Origin: Candidatus Saccharimonadota bacterium
GTDB taxonomy: Bacteria; Pseudomonadota; Gammaproteobacteria; Enterobacterales; Enterobacteriaceae
DNA: 32,000 bases
NCBI RefSeq assembly: GCF_000185985.2
Contig: NC_014909.2
Coordinates: 300,001-332,000, forward strand
Direction of reading: 5' to 3'
The notes beneath the pieces are model-generated. The model made no database searches and had not been told where the DNA came from. It worked only from the letters and a program-made list of their open reading frames with translations. This document shows positions 19,427 to 28,521 of this stretch, one piece after another (within the stretch, counting starts at the first letter, position 1; each line of letters opens with the position of its first letter). The position numbers and the translations under genes are program-made.

Positions 19427-20053
19427 ATGTATAAAAAAAAATTAATAATCATTACAAATAATAAACCTATATTAATTGCTGGAGTAGATGAAGTAGGATG
19501 TGGAGCTTTGATGGGACCAATTATAGCGTCGGCAGTAATATTTCCCCCTTTTAATAATCAAAAAAAAATCAATGTTGCTGGATTAGTTGACTCTAAAACT
19601 CTAAATAGTAAAAAAAGAGTGAAGTTATATAAAGATATTCAGAAATATTCATTAAGTTGGAGTATAGGTGTAGTTAGTGTTTCAGAAATTGATAAATTAA
19701 ATGTTTTGAAAGCTCGGTTGTTAGCAATGAAACGAGCAGTTTTAAATTTATCTATTATTCCGGATTTAATTCTTGTAGATGGAAATAAGGCACCATTTTT
19801 TAAAAATATATTTTATCAATGCTTTATTAAAGGTGATGTTTATATACCAATAATTAGTGCTGCTTCTATTATAGCAAAAGTTATTCGAGATCGAGCAATG
19901 ATAATTTTAAATACTCAATATCCACAATATGGTCTCAATCATAATAAGGGATACCCTACTAATTTTCATATACAACAATTATATTTTTATGGCCCTACAA
20001 TATATCATCGAAAAACATTTTCTCCTGTGAAACACATGATAGGCAAGATTTAA
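19427..20053 (+). CDS. rnhB: Ribonuclease HII
   Basis: The 208-aa ORF contains AGVDEVGCGALMGP (E. coli AGVDEVGRGPLVGA), DSKTLNSKKR, LVDGN, ISAASIIAKVIRD, YPQYG...HKGYPT and FSPVK. Confidence 0.9.
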   Translation: MYKKKLIIITNNKPILIAGVDEVGCGALMGPIIASAVIFPPFNNQKKINVAGLVDSKTLNSKKRVKLYKDIQKYSLSWSIGVVSVSEIDKLNVLKARLLAMKRAVLNLSIIPDLILVDGNKAPFFKNIFYQCFIKGDVYIPIISAASIIAKVIRDRAMIILNTQYPQYGLNHNKGYPTNFHIQQLYFYGPTIYHRKTFSPVKHMIGKI

Positions 20054-20134
20054 TATTTATCTATTTTTATAGATATAATGTTGTGCATAACGTTTGTATT
20101 GATAATGAGTTTAATTGAATTAAAAATATAATTT

Positions 20135-23100
20135 ATGGTACATCCTAATTTTATTCATTTACATACACGTAGCGATTACTCTATGATTGATAGTATTGCT
20201 AAGGTAAATGAGTTACTTGAAAAAGCTAAGTTGTTTAACATGCCGGCATTAGCGCTGACTGATTTTACTAATTTATTTGGACTTATTAAATTTCACAATT
20301 ATTCTTATGAATTAGGTATAAAACCAATTACTGGTTCTGATTTTTGTATTCAAGATTCATCATCAGATAATATTGATTTTCATGAAATTACGTGTTTAGT
20401 AATTAATAGTCAAGGTTATCAAAATTTAATTCAATTAATTTCAAAAGCTTATAAATATAAATCTAATACTTCTTTTCCTGTTATTAAAATGTCCTGGTTA
20501 CAAGAATATAATAAAGGTTTAATTTTGCTATCTGGAGGTCGTAACGGAGATATTGGTCAATATTTATTAAAAGATAAAAAAAATAAAATAGACGAACGTT
20601 TATCTTTTTATAATAATTATTTTCCCAATAGGTATTATATTGAATTAATTAGAACTGGTCGTGAATATGAAGAATTATATTTACAATTAGCAATAGAACT
20701 ATCAAAAATTAAAGGATTACCAGTAGTAGCCACGAATGATATACGATTTATTAATGAAAAAGATTTTTTAGCACATGAAATTCGAGTTGCTATTCATGAC
20801 GGGGTAGTTGTGGATAAAATTCAGCAATTGAATAAATATAGCAAACAACAGTTTATGAAAAACGCACAAGATATGTGTCTTTTATTTAAAGATGTACCAG
20901 AATCTTTAACAAATACTGTAGAAATTGCGCAAAGATGTAATTGTATTATTAATTTAAATGGGTCTTTTTTACCAAAATTTCCTACTGGCTCTATCTCTAT
21001 TGAAAATTTTCTTATTAAATTTGCTCAAAAAGGATTAGAAAAGCGTTTATTACATTTGTTTCCAGATGATAAAAAACGTTACATTAATAGGAAACCATAT
21101 GATGAAAGGTTAAGTCATGAATTACATGTCATTATTCAAATGGGATTTCCTGGTTATTTTTTAATTGTTATGGAGTTTATTCAATGGGCTAAAAATAATA
21201 AAATTCCGGTTGGTCCAGGTAGAGGATCTGGTGCTAGTTCATTAGTGGCTTATGTTTTAACAATTACTGAACTTGATCCAATTAAGTTTGATTTATTATT
21301 TGAACGATTTTTAAATCCAGAACGTATATCTATGCCAGATTTAGATATTGATTTTTGTATGGAACATCGGGATTTAGTCATTGATCATGTTGTTAAGACT
21401 TATGGGTCATGCGCTGTAGCTCAAATTATTACATTTGGAACTATGGCAGCAAAAGCGGTAATTCGTGATGTTGGCAGAGCATTAGGATATCCTTATACTT
21501 TTATTAATAGTATAGCAAAGTTAATTCCATCTAAGATAGGAATAACATTAAGTCAATCTTATGCTACGGATTCTCAGTTAAAACTGATGTACGATAATAA
21601 TGAAGAGATTAAAAAATTAATTGATTTATCTTTGCAATTAGAAGGGCTTATTAGAAATGTTAGCAAACATGCAGGAGGGGTAGTTATTGCTCCTAGTAAA
21701 ATTACTGATTTTTCCCCGTTATATTATGATAGTGATCATACTCATCCTATGACTCAATTTGATAAAAATGATATAGAGCGAATTGGGTTAATAAAATTTG
21801 ATTTCCTTGGGTTACGTACTTTAACAGTAATTGATCGATCTTTAAAAATGATTAATAATTTAAGATTGAAATCCTGTTTATCAATAATTGATATTAATCA
21901 GATATCATTAAATGATCAGGAAAGTTTTGATGTATTACAAACTTCAAAAACAACTGGCATATTTCAATTAGAATCAAGAGGAATAAAGGCATTAATTAAA
22001 CGATTAAAACCAGATTGTTTTGAAGATTTAATAGCTTTAATTGCTTTATTTAGGCCAGGTCCTTTGCAATCAGGTATGGTGGATAACTTTATTAATCGGA
22101 AACATGGATATGAAGCCATATATTATCCCGATTCTCAATGGGAACATAAATCTTTACGTCCTGTATTAAAGTCCACTTATGGGATTATTTTGTATCAAGA
22201 ACAAGTAATGCAAATTGCTCAAGTTTTAGCTGGATATACTCCTGGAAAGGCAGATATATTAAGGCGAGCTATTGGAAAAAAAAAACCTGAAGATATGGCA
22301 AAGCAACGTTCTATTTTTATTGATGGAGCAGTACGTAATGGCATAGATAAAATATTATCTAAAAAAATTTTTGATTTAATGGAAAAATTCGCAGGTTATG
22401 GGTTTAATAAATCTCATTCCGTTGCATATGCGTTACTATCATATCAAACATTATGGTTAAAAACTCATTATCCTGCTGAATTTATGGCATCTACATTAAA
22501 TTCAGATATGGATAATTTAAATAGAACAATTAATTTATTAAACGAGTGCAAAAGAATAGGATTAAAAATCCATCCCCCAGATATCAACAATAGTCAATAT
22601 TATTTTTGTGTAAATAAAAAGAAAGAAATTGTTTACGGAATTGGGGCGATTAAAGGTATAGGAAAAACATCAATAGATGAAATTGTCAAATCTCGTAATT
22701 GTCATGGAGAATTTAAAGGATTATTTGATTTTTGTGTTCGTATTGAAAATTTAAAAATAAATTTTCGTATGGTTGAAAAGTTAATTTTTTCTGGAGCATT
22801 TGATTCATTTAAGACACATAGATCTAAATTACTGTCTACATTAAAGGATACAATTAATAACGCAACTCAATATATTAATAAAAAAAATAGCAAACAAACA
22901 GATATGTTTGAAACATATATAAATACTCAAGTTACTGAATATAATGTATTAAATATGAGTTGTATGACATCTACAAAATGGAATAATCAAATTTTATTAG
23001 AAAAAGAGAAAGAAACTGTAGGGTTATATTTAACTAATCACCCTGTTGATCAATATATTGATGAAATTGAACAATATATCCTTAATATAAATAAAATAAA

Positions 23101-23644
23101 GGATGTATTTCGAAAGAAAAATAACGAAATGGTTTGTATTTTTGGATTACTTTCATCTGTACGTATAAAATTAAGTAAAAAAGGTAACTATATATTATTT
23201 GGGATATTAGAAGATAAAGATGATCAAGTAGAAATAGTTGTGTTTTCAAAATTACTTAAAAAGTATCATTACTGTTTGAAAGAAAACAATTTAATTTTTA
23301 TTGAAGGTATTTTAAATTATGATGAAATTCTCGATATTTATAAAATAATTGTACACGAAATTCAGGATATTAATGATCTTCGTAAACGTCATGTTTGTAA
23401 TTTATCTGTTTTATTGCATAATAAGTATTGCAATAAAAAATTATTACACGACATTTATAATGTTTTTAAAAAAAATCAACTTACCGGGGGTATTCCAGTG
23501 TATTTTCTATATCAAGTTGATGGAATACAAGTTAAATTACGCTGTCATAAAAAATGGAATGTTATTTTAACTGATCAATTATTAACTGATTTACGTGATC
23601 TTGTTGGATACGATCAGATCGTATTAGAATTGAATAGTGATTAA
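20135..23644 (+). CDS. dnaE: DNA polymerase III alpha subunit
   Basis: The 1169-aa ORF has an N-terminal PHP region (FIHLHTRSDYSMIDS; PALALTDFTNLFG). It also has GFPGYFLIVMEFIQWAK.N.IPVGPGRGSGASSLVAY, FERFLNPERISMPDLDIDF, FQLESRG.K.LIKRL.PDCFEDLIAL.ALFRPGPLQSGMVDNFI.RKHG and GYGFNKSHS.AYAL.SYQTLWLK.HYPAEFMA, as in E. coli DnaE (1160 aa). Confidence 0.96.
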   Translation: MVHPNFIHLHTRSDYSMIDSIAKVNELLEKAKLFNMPALALTDFTNLFGLIKFHNYSYELGIKPITGSDFCIQDSSSDNIDFHEITCLVINSQGYQNLIQLISKAYKYKSNTSFPVIKMSWLQEYNKGLILLSGGRNGDIGQYLLKDKKNKIDERLSFYNNYFPNRYYIELIRTGREYEELYLQLAIELSKIKGLPVVATNDIRFINEKDFLAHEIRVAIHDGVVVDKIQQLNKYSKQQFMKNAQDMCLLFKDVPESLTNTVEIAQRCNCIINLNGSFLPKFPTGSISIENFLIKFAQKGLEKRLLHLFPDDKKRYINRKPYDERLSHELHVIIQMGFPGYFLIVMEFIQWAKNNKIPVGPGRGSGASSLVAYVLTITELDPIKFDLLFERFLNPERISMPDLDIDFCMEHRDLVIDHVVKTYGSCAVAQIITFGTMAAKAVIRDVGRALGYPYTFINSIAKLIPSKIGITLSQSYATDSQLKLMYDNNEEIKKLIDLSLQLEGLIRNVSKHAGGVVIAPSKITDFSPLYYDSDHTHPMTQFDKNDIERIGLIKFDFLGLRTLTVIDRSLKMINNLRLKSCLSIIDINQISLNDQESFDVLQTSKTTGIFQLESRGIKALIKRLKPDCFEDLIALIALFRPGPLQSGMVDNFINRKHGYEAIYYPDSQWEHKSLRPVLKSTYGIILYQEQVMQIAQVLAGYTPGKADILRRAIGKKKPEDMAKQRSIFIDGAVRNGIDKILSKKIFDLMEKFAGYGFNKSHSVAYALLSYQTLWLKTHYPAEFMASTLNSDMDNLNRTINLLNECKRIGLKIHPPDINNSQYYFCVNKKKEIVYGIGAIKGIGKTSIDEIVKSRNCHGEFKGLFDFCVRIENLKINFRMVEKLIFSGAFDSFKTHRSKLLSTLKDTINNATQYINKKNSKQTDMFETYINTQVTEYNVLNMSCMTSTKWNNQILLEKEKETVGLYLTNHPVDQYIDEIEQYILNINKIKDVFRKKNNEMVCIFGLLSSVRIKLSKKGNYILFGILEDKDDQVEIVVFSKLLKKYHYCLKENNLIFIEGILNYDEILDIYKIIVHEIQDINDLRKRHVCNLSVLLHNKYCNKKLLHDIYNVFKKNQLTGGIPVYFLYQVDGIQVKLRCHKKWNVILTDQLLTDLRDLVGYDQIVLELNSD

Positions 23645-23665
23645 AATAATAGAATAGGGAGAGTT

Positions 23666-24625
23666 ATGAATTTAAATTTCCTTGATTTTGAAAAACCAAT
23701 TTTAGATATAGAATCTAAAATTAATTTTTTAAGCAAATCAATATATCGTGATGAAAATTTATCAGATAATGTTGATAAAGAAATAAATAATCTTAAAAAA
23801 AAACACGTTGAGACAATACAAAGAATTTTTTCTAACTTAAATTCTTGGCAAATTACTCAGTTGGCTCGACATTCATGTCGTCCACACACTTTAGATTATA
23901 TAGAATATATTTTTAATGATTTTGATGAATTATCTGGTGATCGAGTATATGGTGATGATAAAGCTATTGTGGGAGGAATAGCGAGATTAGATTCTCGTCC
24001 GGTTATGATTATTGGACATCAAAAAGGTCGTAAAACTCAAGAAAAAATTGATCGAAATTTTGGGATGCCTGCTCCAGAAGGGTATCGAAAAGCATTACGA
24101 TTAATGAAAATGGCAGAAAAATTTAATATGCCGCTAATTACTTTTATAGATACACCAGGAGCTTATCCTGGGATAGGAGCTGAAAAGCGAGGGCAAGCTA
24201 GAGCAATTGCTAAAAATTTATGTACCATGATTACATTAAAAATACCTATTGTTTGCACGGTGATTGGGGAAGGAGGTTCGGGAGGGGCTTTAGCTATTAG
24301 TGTGGGAGATAAAATCAATATGTTAGAATATAGTACATATTCTGTTATTTCTCCAGAAGGATGCGCGTCTATATTATGGAAAAATTCAACAAAAGCTCCA
24401 ATTGCTGCAGAGGCTATGGGTATTACTGCTCATAAATTAAAAAGATTAAAACTTATTGATAATATTATTTCAGAACCTTTAGGAGGTGCTCATCGAGATA
24501 TTTTATCTACATCATTATCTATAAAAAAACAATTACTCTTAGATTTAATTGAATTAGATTGTTTAACAGAAAAAGATTTATTGAATAATAGATATCAAAA
24601 ATGGATGAGTTTTGGATATTGTTGA
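23666..24625 (+). CDS. accA: Acetyl-CoA carboxylase carboxyltransferase alpha subunit
   Basis: The 319-aa ORF begins [12 protein letters not shown] (E. coli MSLNFLDFEQPI). It contains [69 protein letters not shown] and [15 protein letters not shown], and has the same length as E. coli AccA. It uses the only TGA stop in the window. Confidence 0.96.
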   Translation: MNLNFLDFEKPILDIESKINFLSKSIYRDENLSDNVDKEINNLKKKHVETIQRIFSNLNSWQITQLARHSCRPHTLDYIEYIFNDFDELSGDRVYGDDKAIVGGIARLDSRPVMIIGHQKGRKTQEKIDRNFGMPAPEGYRKALRLMKMAEKFNMPLITFIDTPGAYPGIGAEKRGQARAIAKNLCTMITLKIPIVCTVIGEGGSGGALAISVGDKINMLEYSTYSVISPEGCASILWKNSTKAPIAAEAMGITAHKLKRLKLIDNIISEPLGGAHRDILSTSLSIKKQLLLDLIELDCLTEKDLLNNRYQKWMSFGYC

Positions 24626-24839
24626 CATGATTTATTTATTTTATTTACTGTTATAATCAATTGTATAATTTATTAAATATACAGTAATTTATTTTATAAT
24701 ATTGATTAATTTTAATTCTATAGATGTATTAAATTAATCTGTAAAATTAAATAAATTATATTAAAACTAATTAAAATTTATAAAAATTGTTTATATATAC
24801 AATTTCATAGTCTTTTATAAATAATATGTTTATTACTAT

Positions 24840-26447
24840 ATGTTAATAGATATTGATACTTTAATCTTATCCACTAATCTTTCGTTGCAAGATAAATATT
24901 TGTATAATCAAGTAGCATGTTGTATTCTTAATTATCGTAATTTGTTATTATCTTATAGTGGTGGATTAGATTCTACAGTACTTTTAGATATATTGACAAC
25001 TTTGACGAAAAATTCTCAAATATGGATGAAATCTAGAAAGTTTCCATTATTTCTAAAAGCTGTGTATGTGCATCATGGGTTAAATGAAAAAGCTGATGAT
25101 TGGGCGAATCATTGTGCTCATCAATGTCAAATTCGCGATGTACCATTTAATATTCTTTATATTCAATATTTTAACTTTTGCAAGAAGCGAAGTAATGTAG
25201 AATCGTTAGCACGTAAACTGCGTTATCAAGTATTATATGATTATTTAAATGTAAATGTAGAAGAAATATTGTTAACTGCTCATCATATGGATGATCAGTT
25301 AGAAACTGTGTTGTTAGCTTTGAAAAGAGGCAGTGGCCCTGCAGGATTATCCGGAATAAGTAGAGAAGTTTGGTTAAATTATGATTATAGATATCGAGTA
25401 TTACGACCTTTATTAGGATGTTCTCGAGGGCAATTAGAAGAATATGCACATAGAAGAAAATTAATATGGATTAATGATGATACCAATGTAAATATTAGGT
25501 TTGATCGTAATTTTTTGCGTATCCAAGTTATACCTTTGTTAAACAAACGTTGGCCTGCTTTTAATAAAGTTGTAACGCGTACTGCTCAATTGTGTAGAAA
25601 TCAAGAAAATTTATTACGTGAATTGTTGTTAGAAACTTTAAATACATTGGTGGATGTAAATGGAGCATTATTTTTTTTGCCTTTGTTAAAATATAGTCAT
25701 TCAAAAAGACAAGCATTATTACGTTTTTGGTTAAGAAATTTCTTTAAAGATATGCCATCTTATCGATTATTACAGTGTATTTGGACTGAAGTTGCATTAA
25801 GTAAAGTAGATTCTAAACCTGTTTTGAATTTAGGAAAGAATCATATCTGTTGTCGTTTTCGAAAAAAATTATATATTTTACCTATTACTATGAAATCTCC
25901 TCTGAATACGTTTAATTTGTCTTGGAATCCATTTAATAAGATTATGATGTTACCTGATAAGTTAGGATTATTGATATCGAGATCTTGTATGATAAATGAA
26001 TGTTTTTGTCATAAAACAAAGCAATTTTATAATAATAAAAATATATTATTACCTGATTTTTTGTTGAATTATTCTACAAATAATGGAAGGGTTGTAACAA
26101 ATTGTTTTATACGAAACCCGAAGGTTGATGAAAAAATATTTATTCGATTTGGTAATGTCTCTGGCTTATTATATCTTATGAACAGAAATCGAGGAAGATT
26201 ATTAAAAAAGATCTGGCAGGAATATTCCATACCTCCATGGCTTCGTAGTCGTATACCTTTATTATTTTATAATGAGATTTTAATATCAGCAATAGGCGTA
26301 TTTATTACGAAAGATGGAAGTATAACACGGCTTACAGATGAAAAAATAATAAATGATGACATAATTGCTGTACGACAAATAAGTTGGGTACAAAATGATC
26401 TCATCTACAATTTATTTAAAGGTGTGATTTGTAATGTTTTAAAATAA
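24840..26447 (+). CDS. tilS: tRNA(Ile)-lysidine synthase, enlarged relative to E. coli
   Basis: The 535-aa ORF has the PP-loop SYSGGLDSTVLL, VHHGLN, LLTAHHMDDQLETVLLALKRGSGPAGLSG, RPLL...R, DDTN....FDRNFLR..V.PLL..RWP and the C-terminal LKKIWQEYSIPPWLRSRIPLLFYNE.LI.A.GVF, matching E. coli TilS (432 aa). The start is uncertain: ATG 24840 is the only in-frame ATG, and an in-frame TTG 45 nt downstream would give an N-terminus closer in length to E. coli. Confidence 0.88.
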   Translation: MLIDIDTLILSTNLSLQDKYLYNQVACCILNYRNLLLSYSGGLDSTVLLDILTTLTKNSQIWMKSRKFPLFLKAVYVHHGLNEKADDWANHCAHQCQIRDVPFNILYIQYFNFCKKRSNVESLARKLRYQVLYDYLNVNVEEILLTAHHMDDQLETVLLALKRGSGPAGLSGISREVWLNYDYRYRVLRPLLGCSRGQLEEYAHRRKLIWINDDTNVNIRFDRNFLRIQVIPLLNKRWPAFNKVVTRTAQLCRNQENLLRELLLETLNTLVDVNGALFFLPLLKYSHSKRQALLRFWLRNFFKDMPSYRLLQCIWTEVALSKVDSKPVLNLGKNHICCRFRKKLYILPITMKSPLNTFNLSWNPFNKIMMLPDKLGLLISRSCMINECFCHKTKQFYNNKNILLPDFLLNYSTNNGRVVTNCFIRNPKVDEKIFIRFGNVSGLLYLMNRNRGRLLKKIWQEYSIPPWLRSRIPLLFYNEILISAIGVFITKDGSITRLTDEKIINDDIIAVRQISWVQNDLIYNLFKGVICNVLK

Positions 26448-26554
26448 AAGGAATTAATATTATTGTTAAGTAAAAATTAATCTTAAAACGAAAGAACAAG
26501 GTATCATCATGCTTAAAAATCGAAGTAATATTTTTTTTAATTATCAAAATTATG

Positions 26555-28348
26555 TTAACAACGAATTAATTTGTTGATTAAAAACTGCAATATTACGTCC
26601 AGTTTAATTTTTGTAGTTGTTCTAGTTTTTCGATGTTTATATTCTACTTCTTGATTATTTAAATTTCGATCACTAATAACAAGAATATGGGGTATTCCAA
26701 TTAAATCTATATCAGCAAACATTATTCCGGGATTTTCTTTACGATCATATATGAATACATCAGAGCCTATTATAGATTTAAATTGAGTATATAGTTCTTC
26801 AGTAGTATTTCTTACATTTACAGATACGTGCATATTGATAGGTATAATAGCTAATTTAAATGGAGCAATTGAATCAGGCCAAATTATTCCATATTGATCA
26901 TAATTTTGTTCGATAATTGTGGGAATAATACGAGTAATTCCTATACCATAACACCCCATTATAATTTTAATGTTAAATTTATTATATTTTTGTATACAAC
27001 TATATATACTACGAGAATATTTGTCTCCTAGTTGAAAAATATGTCCTATTTCTATTTTGTTTTGTATAAATGCTATGTTTTTTTTGTTTTTATTGTTTTG
27101 TTTATAATTGTTATTACATTTAGATTTATACAAATCCGCTATTTTAGGCATTGGTAAATCTCGATTCCAATTTACTCCAAAAATATATTTGCCATCAATG
27201 TTAGATTCAATGATAAAATCATTCATAATTGCTACATTACGATCAATGATGATAGGTATAGATAAATGAATAAAATTTAATAAAATTGGTTTGACTTTAA
27301 TAATTTTCTCAACTTCTTGTTTATTTAAAATAGATGTTGGAAAAAAAATCTCTGGAATCATTAAAAGTTTTTCATTATCTAATTGATGGTCAGCTCGCAG
27401 TACTAATCCTAAAAAATTATATGGATATTTTTGATTGATGTTATTCGTTTTAACAATAGTGATTTTTATGGTTTTATTGATAGGTAATTTAAATTTATTA
27501 AGAAGCTCTAAGATTGATTGAATAGAATTATTATGTTTTGGTGGTATTGTGATTAATCTCATTATTTCATTAGGTAATGTTGGTGTAAATTGTGTTTGGT
27601 TGGTAGTGTTATTATGTTTTATGGATAAGTTTTTTGATTGATTATGATGAATCATCATAGCAGTCTGGTTTGCATTATCAGTATAATTATTGTTATTTTC
27701 AGGATACGCTTGAAATTCATGTGACAGTGTTCCCCCTGTATTTCCAGTATCAGCTTGAACAACATGAAAATTTAAACCAATACGATTAAAAATAGTATGG
27801 TATTGATGGTATATGTTATTATATGTATTTTGAAGGCATTTATTGTTGGTATGAAAGGAATAACCATCTTTCATAGTAAATTCTTTGGCTCGTATTAGTC
27901 CAAATCTTGGCCGAATTTCATCTCGATATTTAGTATTCATTTGATATAATTTTATAGGAAATTGTTTGTAAGATATAATTTCTTTGCAAATAAGATTAGA
28001 AATCATTTCTTCATGAGTTGGTCCTAAAACAAATTCTTGATTAACTCGATTCTTAAAACGTAACAATTCCGGGCCATATTCTGACCAACGTCCACTTTGT
28101 TTCCATAGATTTGCTGGTTGAATAATAGGCATAGATATTTCAATAAAACTAATATTGTTCATTTCGTCTCGAACAATATTTTCTACTTTTCTTAGTACAC
28201 GTAATCCGATAGGAAGCCATGTATATAATCCAGTTGATATTTGTCGGATCATTCCAGATCTTAACATTAATTGGTGACTAATAGTTTCACAGTTTTTTGG
28301 AATTTCTTTAAGAGTAGTTAATAAATATTGAGTAGCTCTCATTAACAC
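26555..28348 (-). CDS. proS: Proline--tRNA ligase (bacterial type with INS/editing insertion)
   Basis: The 597-aa ORF contains MRATQYLL.TLKE, ISHQLMLR.GMIR, GLYTWLP.G.RVL.KVENIVR.EMN, QPA.LW..SGRW..YGPELLRF, FVLGPTHEE, RDEIRPRFGLIRAKEF.MKD.YSFH, GCYGIGITR and ENPG.MFAD.DLIGIPH, colinear with E. coli ProRS (572 aa). Confidence 0.94.
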   Translation of the reverse strand: MLMRATQYLLTTLKEIPKNCETISHQLMLRSGMIRQISTGLYTWLPIGLRVLRKVENIVRDEMNNISFIEISMPIIQPANLWKQSGRWSEYGPELLRFKNRVNQEFVLGPTHEEMISNLICKEIISYKQFPIKLYQMNTKYRDEIRPRFGLIRAKEFTMKDGYSFHTNNKCLQNTYNNIYHQYHTIFNRIGLNFHVVQADTGNTGGTLSHEFQAYPENNNNYTDNANQTAMMIHHNQSKNLSIKHNNTTNQTQFTPTLPNEIMRLITIPPKHNNSIQSILELLNKFKLPINKTIKITIVKTNNINQKYPYNFLGLVLRADHQLDNEKLLMIPEIFFPTSILNKQEVEKIIKVKPILLNFIHLSIPIIIDRNVAIMNDFIIESNIDGKYIFGVNWNRDLPMPKIADLYKSKCNNNYKQNNKNKKNIAFIQNKIEIGHIFQLGDKYSRSIYSCIQKYNKFNIKIIMGCYGIGITRIIPTIIEQNYDQYGIIWPDSIAPFKLAIIPINMHVSVNVRNTTEELYTQFKSIIGSDVFIYDRKENPGIMFADIDLIGIPHILVISDRNLNNQEVEYKHRKTRTTTKIKLDVILQFLINKLIRC

Positions 28349-28521
28349 AACCTTTATAAAATGAATAATATATTGTAAAATAGGATAGTATTAAGATTTT
28401 TTATGTTATTAAAATTTTTTGTAGACATATATATAAAAATATCTTTGTGTGTTTTATTGTATTGTATGATTAATTTTATGAATGTATATTTAATAATTTT
28501 TTATAAAAATGGTATTCCATT

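Noticed and set aside
20058-20075. Hairpin tatctat-tttt-atagata just after rnhB, overlapping a TATAAT at 20074-20079 upstream of dnaE.
   Set aside because: It is a 7-bp stem with a single G:C pair, which is too weak and too likely by chance to call as a terminator or operator.
122-25449. Ten short ORFs in the supplied track: 122-328(+), 3337-3588(+), 6229-6420(-), 8458-8658(-), 10183-10437(-), 11111-11326(-), 13351-13557(-), 18175-18468(-), 23349-23570(+), 25171-25449(-).
   Set aside because: Each lies wholly inside, and mostly antisense to (23349-23570 is same-strand but out of frame), a long and strongly conserved gene: recB, dapD, tsf, dxr, uppS, cdsA, bamA, lpxA/lpxB, dnaE or tilS. Their translations are low-complexity I/F/K/N/Y-rich strings with no recognisable motif. 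Such ORFs arise by chance in AT-rich DNA.
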